From positions 86,465-140,156 of the forward strand of contig JAWAAW010000001.1 in assembly GCA_038884975.1 (NCBI GenBank): 53,692 bases of DNA, written 5' to 3'. Position numbers and translations under genes: made by a program. The stretch comes from Candidatus Woesearchaeota archaeon (GTDB lineage Archaea > Nanobdellota > Nanobdellia > Woesearchaeales > ARS49). Under the pieces are notes generated by a model that was not told where the DNA came from, searched no databases, and saw nothing but the letters and a program-made list of their open reading frames with translations. Below are positions 37,895 through 47,812 of this stretch, in pieces. Positions within the stretch are counted from its first letter, which is position 1. Every line of letters starts with the position of its first letter.

Positions 37895-38698
37895 TTACTT
37901 CACGGGCTTGCCAGAATCCCAGATTGAGTTGAAGATGTTCTCAAAGGATTTTGCAAACGGTTCTGTGTTAACCCAAACCCCAAAATCATAACTTGGGTGT
38001 GTACTCGCGTCGTCAAGCACCATAAATGTCACGTTCTTGCCGTCAACAACAACAAACCTTGCCTTTGCATCATCGATGTGCCTTACTTGGGCGTGATTTG
38101 AGAGTGACTTTGCGGCAGACTGGTTTTGTTTTGTTATTGGTGCCAGAATCCGTATCCTGACGCCCTTATCCTTTGCTTTTGAAATGACGTTGCCTAAAGA
38201 CTCAAGTTTCCTAAGCATGCCTTGTTCTGTTGTCATTATTGAGACGGACTTTGTTGCTCCTTTAATCATTGCTGCAAGGTGATTGTGAAGGTTTGTGTGT
38301 CCCTTGACGGCTCCGGTAAGGTCGGCCGGCTCAACAAGTTCAACACCCTGTTTGTGCAGTGTGTTAAGGTCACCAAGAACTTCGCTTCCTTTAAGGCTTT
38401 CAATCAATTGCACTTGTTTTTCTGCATCCTCAGAAATGTTTTTCTTGACGCGCTCCAAAACTTCAGTGGGTGGTATGGCGATGTATTTTATTGGTTTTCC
38501 AAGCTTCATTACAATAAAGCCCTTGCGTTCAAGGCTTTCAAGAACGTCGTAAGAACGCGACCTTGGCACGTTCGCGATGTCAGAAAGTTCACCTGCTGTT
38601 GCAACACCACGTGATAGTAAGGCTGTCCATAATTTTGCTTCATAACTGTTAAGGCCAAAATCTTTAAGTTTATTCAAAAAATCCTTTTGTACTATCAT
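37895..38698 (-). CDS. TrmB-family (TrmBL2-like) DNA-binding protein, paralog 2
   Basis: FGLNSYEAKLW...ANVPRSRSYDVLESLERKG; 267 aa. Confidence 0.9.
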   Translation of the reverse strand: MIVQKDFLNKLKDFGLNSYEAKLWTALLSRGVATAGELSDIANVPRSRSYDVLESLERKGFIVMKLGKPIKYIAIPPTEVLERVKKNISEDAEKQVQLIESLKGSEVLGDLNTLHKQGVELVEPADLTGAVKGHTNLHNHLAAMIKGATKSVSIMTTEQGMLRKLESLGNVISKAKDKGVRIRILAPITKQNQSAAKSLSNHAQVRHIDDAKARFVVVDGKNVTFMVLDDASTHPSYDFGVWVNTEPFAKSFENIFNSIWDSGKPVK

Positions 38699-38824
38699 TT
38701 TTGAGAGCCCCCTTCATAATTTTAATGTGCTCTTATTTTCATCAATATCTCCTCATTACAAGGGTGATGTATTTAAAGCTTTTGAATTTTTAGTATTGAG
38801 GAGTAACAACAAAATTAATGAGAG

Positions 38825-39094
38825 ACACCCTACCCTATTGTTTCGTGTGGAGATCGTCATTATTATGATTTAAATCTTTAAAATTATGTTTTTGTTATAT
38901 ATTATTAAATTGTTGTTTTTAAATATATCTTTTAAAAAGAGGTTGTTTTATTTATTTTTTATATTTAAATTAATTAATTTGTATATATGAAAATAATTTT
39001 TAAAAATAAATGTCGCAATATATATTTTTAAGTGAATAAAATCAACAAAAAACAAAACACATTTTAACACATTCCACAAGAAACCAAGGGGTGT
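38825..39094. other. Chromosomal replication origin (oriC): inverted ORBs flanking an AT-rich unwinding element
   Basis: ORB on - at 38825-38853 (TCTCCACACGAAACAATAGGG) and ORB on + at 39071-39094 (ATTCCACAAGAAACCAAGGGGTGT); about 210 bp of very AT-rich DNA between them; directly upstream of cdc6. Confidence 0.85.
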
Positions 39095-39152
39095 GTTATA
39101 GATTGTGTAAAAAAGAAAAGAATAAATACCACCATTTCACTTGGAAAAATAT

Positions 39153-40388
39153 ATGCGGGAAAAGGGGTTGATAGGTTTTTTTGAGAAATATTTAGACAAA
39201 AAATCAATATTCAAAAATAAATCAGTCCTACAATCAAACTTCAATCCACAAAACATCAAACACAGAGAAGAACAAATCAACAGCTTAGCAACAATACTAG
39301 CACCATGCTTACGTGGTGAGAAGCCATCAAATGTTTTCATTTATGGAAAGACAGGAACTGGAAAAACACTGGTTGTTCAACACACAACACAACAACTTTC
39401 ACTCGTGGCTGCTGACCGCGAAATTCCAGTCATACAACTTTATATCAACTGCAAAATGCGAAAGGTTGCAGACACCCAATACAGGCTCATAGCACACATC
39501 ACCCGTGAAAAATTTAATGAAAACCTGCCAATAACAGGGCTGCCCACAGAAGAGATATACGCCGCATTCCTAAGAGGTGTTGACAGCAAAAAACAAATCG
39601 TCTTACTTATTCTTGACGAAATAGACCAACTAATGGACAAGGAAGGGGATGATTTGCTCTATAACCTAACAAGAATCAACACAGAACTAAAAAATGCACA
39701 AATCTCAATAATCGGCATTTCAAACAACGCAAACTTCATCAACACACTCGACCCCAGAGTCAAAAGCTCATTATCACAAGAAGAACTTTTTTTCCCACCA
39801 TACAACGCATTGCAAATACAAGACATACTAAAAGAAAGATCGCGCGACGCATTCGTTACTGGTGCAATAGATGACGGAGTAATTGCAAAATGTGCGGCGT
39901 TTGCGGCAAGGGACCATGGGGACGCGAGAAGGGCAATAGAACTGCTTAGAGTTGCAGCAGAACTTGCCGAACGCTCAAACGCTTCAAAGGTAACGACAAA
40001 CCACCTTGACCAAGCAGAACAAAAAATAGAAACAGACAGGATTTTTGAAATAATCAAGACACAACCACAACAATACCAAGCCACACTTTATGCCATTTAC
40101 TTAATCTGCTCGAAAAAGAAAGAGCAGGTCTTCACAGGAGAGGTATACGAACTATACCAGTCGCTCTGCAACAAGGTCGGCCTAAGGCCGCTTACCCAAC
40201 GCAGAATATCCGACATTGTAGGGGAACTTGACATGCTTGGCATAATAAACGCAAAGGTGATTTCAAAAGGGCGTTATGGGCGCACCCGCGAAATCTCAAT
40301 ATCAACAACAGAGGAACTGACACCACGCATACTCCAAACATTGTCTGAAGAATTTTCCCTTACCCTTCCTGATGAACCAAGACACTGA
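39153..40388 (+). CDS. cdc6: Orc1/Cdc6 replication initiator
   Basis: GKTGTGKT, ILDEID, LDPRVKSSL, GDARRA, C-terminal wHTH SKGRYGRTR. Start is 39141 (TTG) or 39153. Confidence 0.96.
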   Translation: MREKGLIGFFEKYLDKKSIFKNKSVLQSNFNPQNIKHREEQINSLATILAPCLRGEKPSNVFIYGKTGTGKTLVVQHTTQQLSLVAADREIPVIQLYINCKMRKVADTQYRLIAHITREKFNENLPITGLPTEEIYAAFLRGVDSKKQIVLLILDEIDQLMDKEGDDLLYNLTRINTELKNAQISIIGISNNANFINTLDPRVKSSLSQEELFFPPYNALQIQDILKERSRDAFVTGAIDDGVIAKCAAFAARDHGDARRAIELLRVAAELAERSNASKVTTNHLDQAEQKIETDRIFEIIKTQPQQYQATLYAIYLICSKKKEQVFTGEVYELYQSLCNKVGLRPLTQRRISDIVGELDMLGIINAKVISKGRYGRTREISISTTEELTPRILQTLSEEFSLTLPDEPRH

Positions 40389-41859
40389 ATCGAAAAAAAA
40401 GGAAATAGTACGGTACCTCCTAAGCCAGCACGTTCTAGTCAAACCAGAACTTCTTGCGGCACTATCACAACCAGAACAAGTTGAGCATTGCCACCAGCAA
40501 ATATTGAGGGGGGCTCCAGTAGAACTGATAATGCAAAAAACAATGGGACGACAGGATGTTTGTGTGGGTGATGAAGCGACACACCAAAACTCTTTTGTCC
40601 CAAGAGTAAAGATCGTTTACCAATACAAAAACCAACCCAAAAAAATATCGCCGCAAGACTTTGTCAATTATTTTAATGCAAGATACAAGGCGATAGAACG
40701 ACTGCTACATAACAGACAGGAATTGCAAAATCTCACTTCAATAGGCCGGCTTACAAACAAGAAAGACCGCGAGACAATCTCGCTTATAGGCATGGTTGCT
40801 GACAAACAAACAACAAAAAACGAAAACATCATCCTTATTCTAGAAGACCCAAGCGGACAAATCAAGGTAATGGTACCAAAGAACAAGCAGGAAGTTTACG
40901 AAGCAGCCAAAGATGTTGTGCCGGATGAAGTCATAGGTATTGTAGGAACAACAGGCAACAACGTTGTCTTTGCCAACAGCATTGTTGTACCTGACATCCC
41001 ACTAACAGGCGAACTAAAAAAATCACCTGACGAGGTGTATGCAGTTGTCCTTTCGTGCGTGCACGTAGGCTCAAAACTTTTCCTAAAGGAATCATTTGAT
41101 AAATTCCTCCGGTGGATTTGTGGGGAAACAGGAAGTGAAGAGCAAAAAGCAATCGCCTCAAAAATTGGTTACGTATTCATCGTTGGAGACTTGGTTGATG
41201 GCGTCGGAATTTACCCCAACCAAGAAAAAGAACTTGACATAACAGACATAACACAACAATACAACCAAGCAGCAGCACTTCTAAGCAGGATTCCAAAACA
41301 CATTGCAATAATAATTTTACCAGGCAATCACGACGCAGGCAGGATTTCAGAGCCACAACCACCAATATCACCCAAGTACGCAAAAGCACTTTACGAACTG
41401 CCAAACGCAATCCTGGTAGGAAATCCCTCCATTGTCAACATTCACAGCTCAGAAACATTTCCCGGATTCAACATACTTCTTTATCACGGGTTTGGATTTG
41501 ACGATTACGGAGAAATAGTGCCTAGCATAAAGAACTCAGGAAAAAACGTTTCAGACAGGGCCCCACTCATAATGAAGTTCTTGCTCCAAAGAAGGCACTT
41601 GGCGCCAACACACACCTCAACACTTTATGTTCCAGATCCTGAAAGAGACCCGCTCGTACTCGACAAAATACCCGATTATTTCATTGCAGGACACATTCAC
41701 AAAAGCAACGCAGCAACGTATCGCGGAGTCGGCATTGTGCTCGCAAGCTGCTTCCAATCAAAAACACCATTCCAAGAAAAAATGGGTCACGAACCCGACC
41801 CTGGAAGGGTGCCCATAATCAACCTCCAAACAAGGACGGTCAAAGTGATACGGTTCTAA
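40372..41859 (+). CDS. polB: DNA polymerase D small (exonuclease) subunit DP1
   Basis: OB domain (LEDPSG), GDLVDG, PGNHD, YHG, RRHLAP, GHIH. Confidence 0.95.
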   Translation: MNQDTESKKKEIVRYLLSQHVLVKPELLAALSQPEQVEHCHQQILRGAPVELIMQKTMGRQDVCVGDEATHQNSFVPRVKIVYQYKNQPKKISPQDFVNYFNARYKAIERLLHNRQELQNLTSIGRLTNKKDRETISLIGMVADKQTTKNENIILILEDPSGQIKVMVPKNKQEVYEAAKDVVPDEVIGIVGTTGNNVVFANSIVVPDIPLTGELKKSPDEVYAVVLSCVHVGSKLFLKESFDKFLRWICGETGSEEQKAIASKIGYVFIVGDLVDGVGIYPNQEKELDITDITQQYNQAAALLSRIPKHIAIIILPGNHDAGRISEPQPPISPKYAKALYELPNAILVGNPSIVNIHSSETFPGFNILLYHGFGFDDYGEIVPSIKNSGKNVSDRAPLIMKFLLQRRHLAPTHTSTLYVPDPERDPLVLDKIPDYFIAGHIHKSNAATYRGVGIVLASCFQSKTPFQEKMGHEPDPGRVPIINLQTRTVKVIRF

Positions 41860-41860
41860 A

Positions 41861-44800
41861 ATGGCACAAACAAACGTAAGCCCAAGAATCAAGGAATATT
41901 TTGACAAAATACAAGCAGAAGTCAACAAAGTATTTGGTATCGCAAGCGAAGCAAGAAAGAAAGGATACGATCCCGAATGTGTCGTTGAAGTCAAACTGGC
42001 GGCAAACATGGCAGAGCGGGTTGTTGGGCTCATAAGCGTCGTTGCACCGCAGATAATAAATTCAGGTGTTGTGGAGCGCATCATAGAACTTGAAAAACAG
42101 TACGGCGCACTTGACTGGCGCGTGGCGCTCTCAATAGCGGGCGAAATTGCCCAACAAAAATTCTGCAAGTTCAAAGACCAGAAAGAAGCAATAGAAATAG
42201 GGATCAGAACAGGATTTGCCTATGTAACTGTTGGCGTGGTATCATCCCCACTTGACGGTCTTGTTGGAATAGACATCAAGAAAAGAATGGACAACAGGGG
42301 TGAGTATTTCTGCGTCAACCTTGCAGGACCAATAAGGAACGCAGGAGGAACCGCGGCAACAGTGTGCCTACTAATAGCCGATTATGTAAGAACACTATTC
42401 AAGTATGACGTTTACGACGCCCAAGAACTTGAAATCAAGCGCACCTACACAGAAATGGTAGATTATCGCGAAAAAGTCGCGCCAAGACAATATTTTCCAT
42501 CACCAGAAGAAATAGAATTCCTAATGAAACACATGCCCATAGAGGTGGGCGGAGAACCGTCTGAGAAATTTGAGGTTTCAAACTACAAGGACCTGCCAAG
42601 AATCCCAACAAATCTCATAAGAAGCGGATTCTGCCTCGTAATGACAGAATGCATTCCACTCAAAGCACCAAAAATCTGGGGAAAACTAAGCGTGTGGGGC
42701 AAGGACTTTGGAATGGAACACTGGAACTTCTTAGAGGAATATTTGAAAATCCAAAAGGCGGCAAAGGCAAAAGGCGAAGTCAAAAAAGAAGGAACAAGCA
42801 AGTTAAGCCCGGACTTCAGTTACATTGCGGACCTTGTTGCGGGCAGGCCAGTATTTGCGCACCCATTGAGAACAGGAGGATTTAGGCTCAGGTATGGCCG
42901 AAGCAGAATGTCGGGCTACTCAACAGACGCAATACACCCGGTAACAATGATGATAACAACAAATTATCTTGCAACGGGGACACAACTCAAAACAGAAAGA
43001 CCAAAAAAAGGAACAGCAATAACTGCGTGCGACACAATAGACGGCCCAATAGTGAAGCTCACAGACGGCTCTGTTGTTCAAATAAACAACGCAGCAACAC
43101 ACAAAGCGGTGCAAGGAAAAATAGCAGAAATACTCTTTTTAGGAGACATACTTGTGAATTATGGAGACTTTCTTAACAGGGCACACCCACTTGTTCCTGC
43201 AGGATACTGTCCTGAATGGTGGGTGCGCGAACTGGAAAAGGCAGCAACAGGATTACACAAAGAAGTAAGCGCACAAAAAATAGCAGAAACAGCAAAAATA
43301 CCAGAAGAACTCGCAAAATCCCTTCTCAAGGACCCACTACGCACGACGCCAACAGCAAACGATGCCATAAAAATAAGCACAACCTACGGCATCCCGTTAC
43401 ACCCCACCTACACGTATTATTGGAGCACAATACAACCACAACAACTACACTCACTGGTGAAGTGGCTTGACAAAAAAACAGTCCACACGCGGGAAGACAA
43501 CAAAACAGTTGCAAAAATCGTTTTACCATTAGAGTCAGAAGCAAAAAGAGCCCTTGAACTGATAGGATTGCCTCACATAGTTGTACTGAACGAAAATGTT
43601 GTTGTTGAGTCAGACCACGCACACGCATTACTCACAACACTCGGCTGGCCCACAAAAAACACAACAACACTGCTAGACATAATGGACAGGCATCCAGAAA
43701 AAAATTCATTGGAACTCATAAACCTGTTTTCACCGGTCGCGATAAGGGATAAAGCAGGAACCTTCATCGGTGCAAGAATGGGAAGGCCTGAAAAAGCCAA
43801 AATGCGCGAACTCACCGGCTCACCACACTGTCTTTTCCCTGTGGGAGAAGAGGGTGGGAGGTTCAGAAGCTTCCAAAGCGCAATAGAAAAAGGCACAATA
43901 ACCGCAGAGTTCGCAAGATATGTTTGCGAAAGATGCAACCACGAAACAGCACTACCGGTTTGCGAACAATGTGACAAGCCTTCCACGAGGACGTGGTACT
44001 GCAAGTCATGCAATGCATGGATAAAAGAACCAAAATGCGGCAAGCACGGCGAAACAACCGCTCACAAAGAAATGAAGCTTGATGCCAAAAAATACTTTGA
44101 AAGCGCAGCGAACAAGGTAAAAATGCGCAATTATCCAGAATTAATAAAAGGCGTAAAGGGCACGAGCAACAAAGACCACCTACCAGAACACCCCGCAAAA
44201 GGAATACTACGGGCAAAACACCAGATTACAGTAAACAAGGACGGAACAGTGCGCTATGATATGACGCAACTGCCAGTAACACACTTCAAGCCAAAAGAAG
44301 TCCGCACAAGCATTGAACGGCTTAAGAGTCTCGGATACGAAAAAGACATTTATGGAAAACCATTGGAGCACGACGACCAAACACTTGAACTCCTCCCACA
44401 AGACGTGATACTTCCTGATTGCGATGTTTCACCTGATGAAGGTTCTGCTTCTGCACTAATCAGGATAGCAAACTTCATTGACGACGAACTGGAAAATCTT
44501 TATGGTCTCAAACCATATTATAAAGTCAAAACGCCAGAAGACCTTGTCGGACACCTCGTTATCGGCCTTGCACCACACACCTCTGCAGGAATAGTGTGCA
44601 GGATAATTGGTTTCAGCAAGACGCAGGGGTTCTTTGCGCACCCATACGTGCACGCAGCAACAAGAAGAGATTGTGATGGCGACGAAGCATGTACAATACT
44701 TATCATGGACGCATTCCTAAACTTCTCAAAGCGTTACTTACCAAACACCCGTGGAGCGACAATGGACGCACCACTTGTGTTAACATCAATACTTGCGCCA

Positions 44801-45421
44801 GCAGAAGTAGACGACATGGTACTTGACCTTGACATTGTATGGCAGTACCCACTTGAGCTTTACGAAGCTGCCTTACAGTTCAAAATGCCTTGGGAAATAA
44901 AAATCAAACAAATCAAGCAAGTATTAAACACCCCAGAACAATACGAAGGGTTTGGATTCACACACGATTTTACAGACATGAACGAAACAGTCCGGTGTTC
45001 CGCATACAAGACCCTTCCATCCATGGAAGACAAGCTCAAAGGCCAGATGGAGCTTGCTGAAAAACTAAGGGCTGTTGATATGTCAGATGTTGCAAGATTA
45101 GTGATAGAAAAACACTTCCTAAAGGACACGAAAGGAAACTTGAGAAAATTTGGAATGCAGGAATTCAGGTGTGTCAATTGCAATGAAAAATTCCGCAGGC
45201 CGCCGCTCATTGGCAAATGTACTGCTTGTGGGGGAAGGTTGTTGTTCACAATATCAGAAGGCTCAGTAATAAAATACTTGGAGCCAACAATTTCTCTCGC
45301 AAAAAAATACAACGTCTCACAATATCTTCAGCAATCAATAGAACTGCTCCAGTACAGGATAGAGGGTGTTTTTGGAAAAGAAAAAGACAAGCAGACAGGA
45401 CTTGGAGCGTGGTTTGGATGA
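41861..45421 (+). CDS. polC: DNA polymerase D large subunit DP2
   Basis: GPIRNAGGT, GGFRLRYGR, IGARMGRPEKAK, catalytic RRDCDGDE; C-terminal Zn finger and PIP-like QTGLGAWF; no intein seen. Confidence 0.97.
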   Translation: MAQTNVSPRIKEYFDKIQAEVNKVFGIASEARKKGYDPECVVEVKLAANMAERVVGLISVVAPQIINSGVVERIIELEKQYGALDWRVALSIAGEIAQQKFCKFKDQKEAIEIGIRTGFAYVTVGVVSSPLDGLVGIDIKKRMDNRGEYFCVNLAGPIRNAGGTAATVCLLIADYVRTLFKYDVYDAQELEIKRTYTEMVDYREKVAPRQYFPSPEEIEFLMKHMPIEVGGEPSEKFEVSNYKDLPRIPTNLIRSGFCLVMTECIPLKAPKIWGKLSVWGKDFGMEHWNFLEEYLKIQKAAKAKGEVKKEGTSKLSPDFSYIADLVAGRPVFAHPLRTGGFRLRYGRSRMSGYSTDAIHPVTMMITTNYLATGTQLKTERPKKGTAITACDTIDGPIVKLTDGSVVQINNAATHKAVQGKIAEILFLGDILVNYGDFLNRAHPLVPAGYCPEWWVRELEKAATGLHKEVSAQKIAETAKIPEELAKSLLKDPLRTTPTANDAIKISTTYGIPLHPTYTYYWSTIQPQQLHSLVKWLDKKTVHTREDNKTVAKIVLPLESEAKRALELIGLPHIVVLNENVVVESDHAHALLTTLGWPTKNTTTLLDIMDRHPEKNSLELINLFSPVAIRDKAGTFIGARMGRPEKAKMRELTGSPHCLFPVGEEGGRFRSFQSAIEKGTITAEFARYVCERCNHETALPVCEQCDKPSTRTWYCKSCNAWIKEPKCGKHGETTAHKEMKLDAKKYFESAANKVKMRNYPELIKGVKGTSNKDHLPEHPAKGILRAKHQITVNKDGTVRYDMTQLPVTHFKPKEVRTSIERLKSLGYEKDIYGKPLEHDDQTLELLPQDVILPDCDVSPDEGSASALIRIANFIDDELENLYGLKPYYKVKTPEDLVGHLVIGLAPHTSAGIVCRIIGFSKTQGFFAHPYVHAATRRDCDGDEACTILIMDAFLNFSKRYLPNTRGATMDAPLVLTSILAPAEVDDMVLDLDIVWQYPLELYEAALQFKMPWEIKIKQIKQVLNTPEQYEGFGFTHDFTDMNETVRCSAYKTLPSMEDKLKGQMELAEKLRAVDMSDVARLVIEKHFLKDTKGNLRKFGMQEFRCVNCNEKFRRPPLIGKCTACGGRLLFTISEGSVIKYLEPTISLAKKYNVSQYLQQSIELLQYRIEGVFGKEKDKQTGLGAWFG

Positions 45422-45424
45422 GAC

Positions 45425-45721
45425 TTATTCATGCGTTATAACTGCCTGCGCATGAGGAATGCCTGCAATGGTTATGACGTGATCCTGCGTGATGACTTCC
45501 TCTTGCAAACCAAGCTTAACCGCGTTTTGACCAACAAGGTTGACAATATCTGCATTCCTTATGATGTCTCCAACCTCTTTTTCATCACGTTCTTCGCCCT
45601 TGTAGAAGTCGCTAGTGAGATCTAACTGCCTCCCGTTTTCCTCAAACTTCCTTCCAAGCAGGTCTGAGTCGCAAACAGCAACAACAGTCCTGCTCTCACG
45701 CTTGTGCACCTTAACAATCAT
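45425..45721 (-). CDS. DUF424 family protein
   Basis: VVAVCDSDLLG, FYKGE, IVNLVG, IAGIPHAQ; usual neighbour of aIF2-beta. Confidence 0.88.
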   Translation of the reverse strand: MIVKVHKRESRTVVAVCDSDLLGRKFEENGRQLDLTSDFYKGEERDEKEVGDIIRNADIVNLVGQNAVKLGLQEEVITQDHVITIAGIPHAQAVITHE

Positions 45722-45729
45722 CGTGAAAA

Positions 45730-46140
45730 CTAAATTTTTGACTTTACCGGCTGCTTGTGGCCACACGCATTGCATTTCAGGAAGGCAAACTCACCCTCCA
45801 TTATTATGTCTGTATCTGGTTTTCCATCCCGCGGGCAAAGCACAAACTCATAAGCATACTCACGTATTTTTTCATTCACGCGCGAAGCAGGCACTTTTGA
45901 GCCAAGCACCAAAAGCCCTGCCCTGTTTATTTCACCAGGCGTGGCGAGTTCCTTGAGAATGAACTTAAGCAAATGCTCCACAGGCCTCCTGAGTGTTGAG
46001 GCGATCTGGCTGAAATTACTTATTATCGTCTTGTTACCCTCAATATGCCCCTTCACCTTGGGTATTTCAAAACGCTCCCGCTCAACAACAGCAGGCGGAA
46101 GTCTTTCCCTTGCCCGTTCAAGCAGCTGCTCGTATTCCAT
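45730..46140 (-). CDS. eif2b: Translation initiation factor 2 subunit beta
   Basis: YEQLLERA, RFEIP, KELATPG, C..DGKPDT, CNACG. Confidence 0.95.
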   Translation of the reverse strand: MEYEQLLERARERLPPAVVERERFEIPKVKGHIEGNKTIISNFSQIASTLRRPVEHLLKFILKELATPGEINRAGLLVLGSKVPASRVNEKIREYAYEFVLCPRDGKPDTDIIMEGEFAFLKCNACGHKQPVKSKI

Positions 46141-46227
46141 GGCCTGAATAATCAGTTGCTGGTTTATAAAATTACTTGTTTTTTGAGAGCAAAAGGTATT
46201 TAAATCCAAGTGGCAGCCTTCACGACT

Positions 46228-47082
46228 ATGGTACTTGAGTCACTCCTAAATCCCCTAAGGGCAGAAAGGCAGCCGTGGGTTTTGGTTTTCTTGGGTTTCC
46301 TTTACGCATCACTTGCGCTATTCCTAAGCATCTGGATTTTTGAGGAGCAGGCAAGCATAGTGATGGTCTTCCTGACAGTAATGGCAGCACTGCCTCTTAT
46401 GTACCAGACGCTTCGTGTTGAAGAGGAAAAGGACGTAATTTTCTCACAGGAAAAAACACTTCTCAGGGAACACTCAAAGGCAATCCTGTTTTTCCTTGCG
46501 TTGTTTCTTGGATTTGTTATAGGATACACCATCTGCTATGTCATTCTGCCCAGTTCGCTTTCAGAACACATATTCTCAACCCAGACTCACACAATATCCA
46601 ATCTCAACCAGCAAGTAACAGGAAACGCCATGTTGCAAGTCGGGCTTATGAACAAAATTTTTCTGAATAATGTCAAGGTGCTCATATTCTGCATTCTTTT
46701 TTCATTCATTTACGGCTGTGGAGCAATTTTCATACTGAGCTGGAATGCAAGCGTCATTGGCGCTGCAGTAGGCAATTTCATACGCAATCACGTATCACAG
46801 GCAGCAGATGCTGTGGGGCTTACCAAAGTAAGCACCTATTTCCACGCAAGCTCATTAAGCATACTCAGGTATGCAATTCACGGAATCCCAGAGATTACCG
46901 CTTACTTCATTGCAGGACTTGCAGGAGGGATACTCTCAGTAGCCATAATCAGGCACGACTTTGGTACTGCAAACTTTGAAAAAATACTCCTTGATACTTC
47001 TGACTTAATACTTATCTCGATATTTGTCCTTTTTGTTGCTGCACTGCTTGAGGTATTTGTTACCCCTGCATTCTTTGCATGA
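46228..47082 (+). CDS. SpoIIM/DUF95-family membrane protein
   Basis: IFLNNVKV, WNASVIG, HGIPEI, AALLEVFVTP. Confidence 0.85.
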   Translation: MVLESLLNPLRAERQPWVLVFLGFLYASLALFLSIWIFEEQASIVMVFLTVMAALPLMYQTLRVEEEKDVIFSQEKTLLREHSKAILFFLALFLGFVIGYTICYVILPSSLSEHIFSTQTHTISNLNQQVTGNAMLQVGLMNKIFLNNVKVLIFCILFSFIYGCGAIFILSWNASVIGAAVGNFIRNHVSQAADAVGLTKVSTYFHASSLSILRYAIHGIPEITAYFIAGLAGGILSVAIIRHDFGTANFEKILLDTSDLILISIFVLFVAALLEVFVTPAFFA

Positions 47083-47721
47083 CTACTCAAGAATCTTCAG
47101 TCTGCCAGGACTAACCTCAAAGATGTCCCCATTCTGAAGAAGAAACCTGATTGTTTTTTCAGCATCAACAGCTCCAACACGCTCAATAACAGCATCAATC
47201 TCAGCACCATTGCCCTGATCAAGTGAACGTATTGCGCCCATCACACTCTCAGAAAGACCAAATGACTCATCAAGCACTTCCTCTGTAACACGTGTCTGCG
47301 ACTGGGCATTGACAGCAGGATTTATTTGTTGCCTTGATAATTCAAGCTTTCTGACTTCAATCCAGCCAAGGTTGTGAATTTTTCGCACAATTTCAGGAAG
47401 AACGTACGTTTCACCACCAAACTGCCTTGGCCTGCCTATCACGAGAACAACGTCTCCAATGCCAATCGCGCTTATCTGCGCATTCGGCTCAAAAGCCCTC
47501 ACATTTATCTTGCCTGTGCCATCGTCCACAGTAATTGCGGGCAGTCCTTCCACAGCAGACGAAACTACAACGCCAAGAATATTGATTCTTGCAGCTGTTG
47601 AATTGTCCTTGAGAATAATGTGGTTGGGCTTCAAACCCTCCTCTTTAACGTACGAGCCAGCCAGAATGTCTTTTATGCACAATTTCCGAGCAGTCTGGCG
47701 CTTTTGTTGTTCCTCCACCAT
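47083..47721 (-). CDS. RPA2 (RPA32)-like OB-fold plus wHTH ssDNA-binding protein
   Basis: RINILGVVV, VDDGTGKINVRAF, VLVIGRPR; C-terminal LLQNGDIFEVSPG. Confidence 0.8.
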   Translation of the reverse strand: MVEEQQKRQTARKLCIKDILAGSYVKEEGLKPNHIILKDNSTAARINILGVVVSSAVEGLPAITVDDGTGKINVRAFEPNAQISAIGIGDVVLVIGRPRQFGGETYVLPEIVRKIHNLGWIEVRKLELSRQQINPAVNAQSQTRVTEEVLDESFGLSESVMGAIRSLDQGNGAEIDAVIERVGAVDAEKTIRFLLQNGDIFEVSPGRLKILE

Positions 47722-47812
47722 AACCCTCTGCTTACTGTATTTGCGTGTTTTATATAGTTTTGTATTCGGCAAAGTTTATATACTCAGACAGAGCATTTTG
47801 GCAACAGAAAAA

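Noticed and set aside
38860-39070. AT-rich island as foreign DNA or CRISPR leader
   Set aside because: No repeat-spacer array or mobility gene; flanking ORBs and cdc6 explain it as an unwinding element.
25759-47812. Long N-terminal extensions in the ORF track (PRC barrel, histone, aIF2-beta, DUF424, RPA2-like, 47459 ORF)
   Set aside because: They overlap neighbouring genes or promoters; downstream ATGs fit family N-termini and RBS/TATA spacing.
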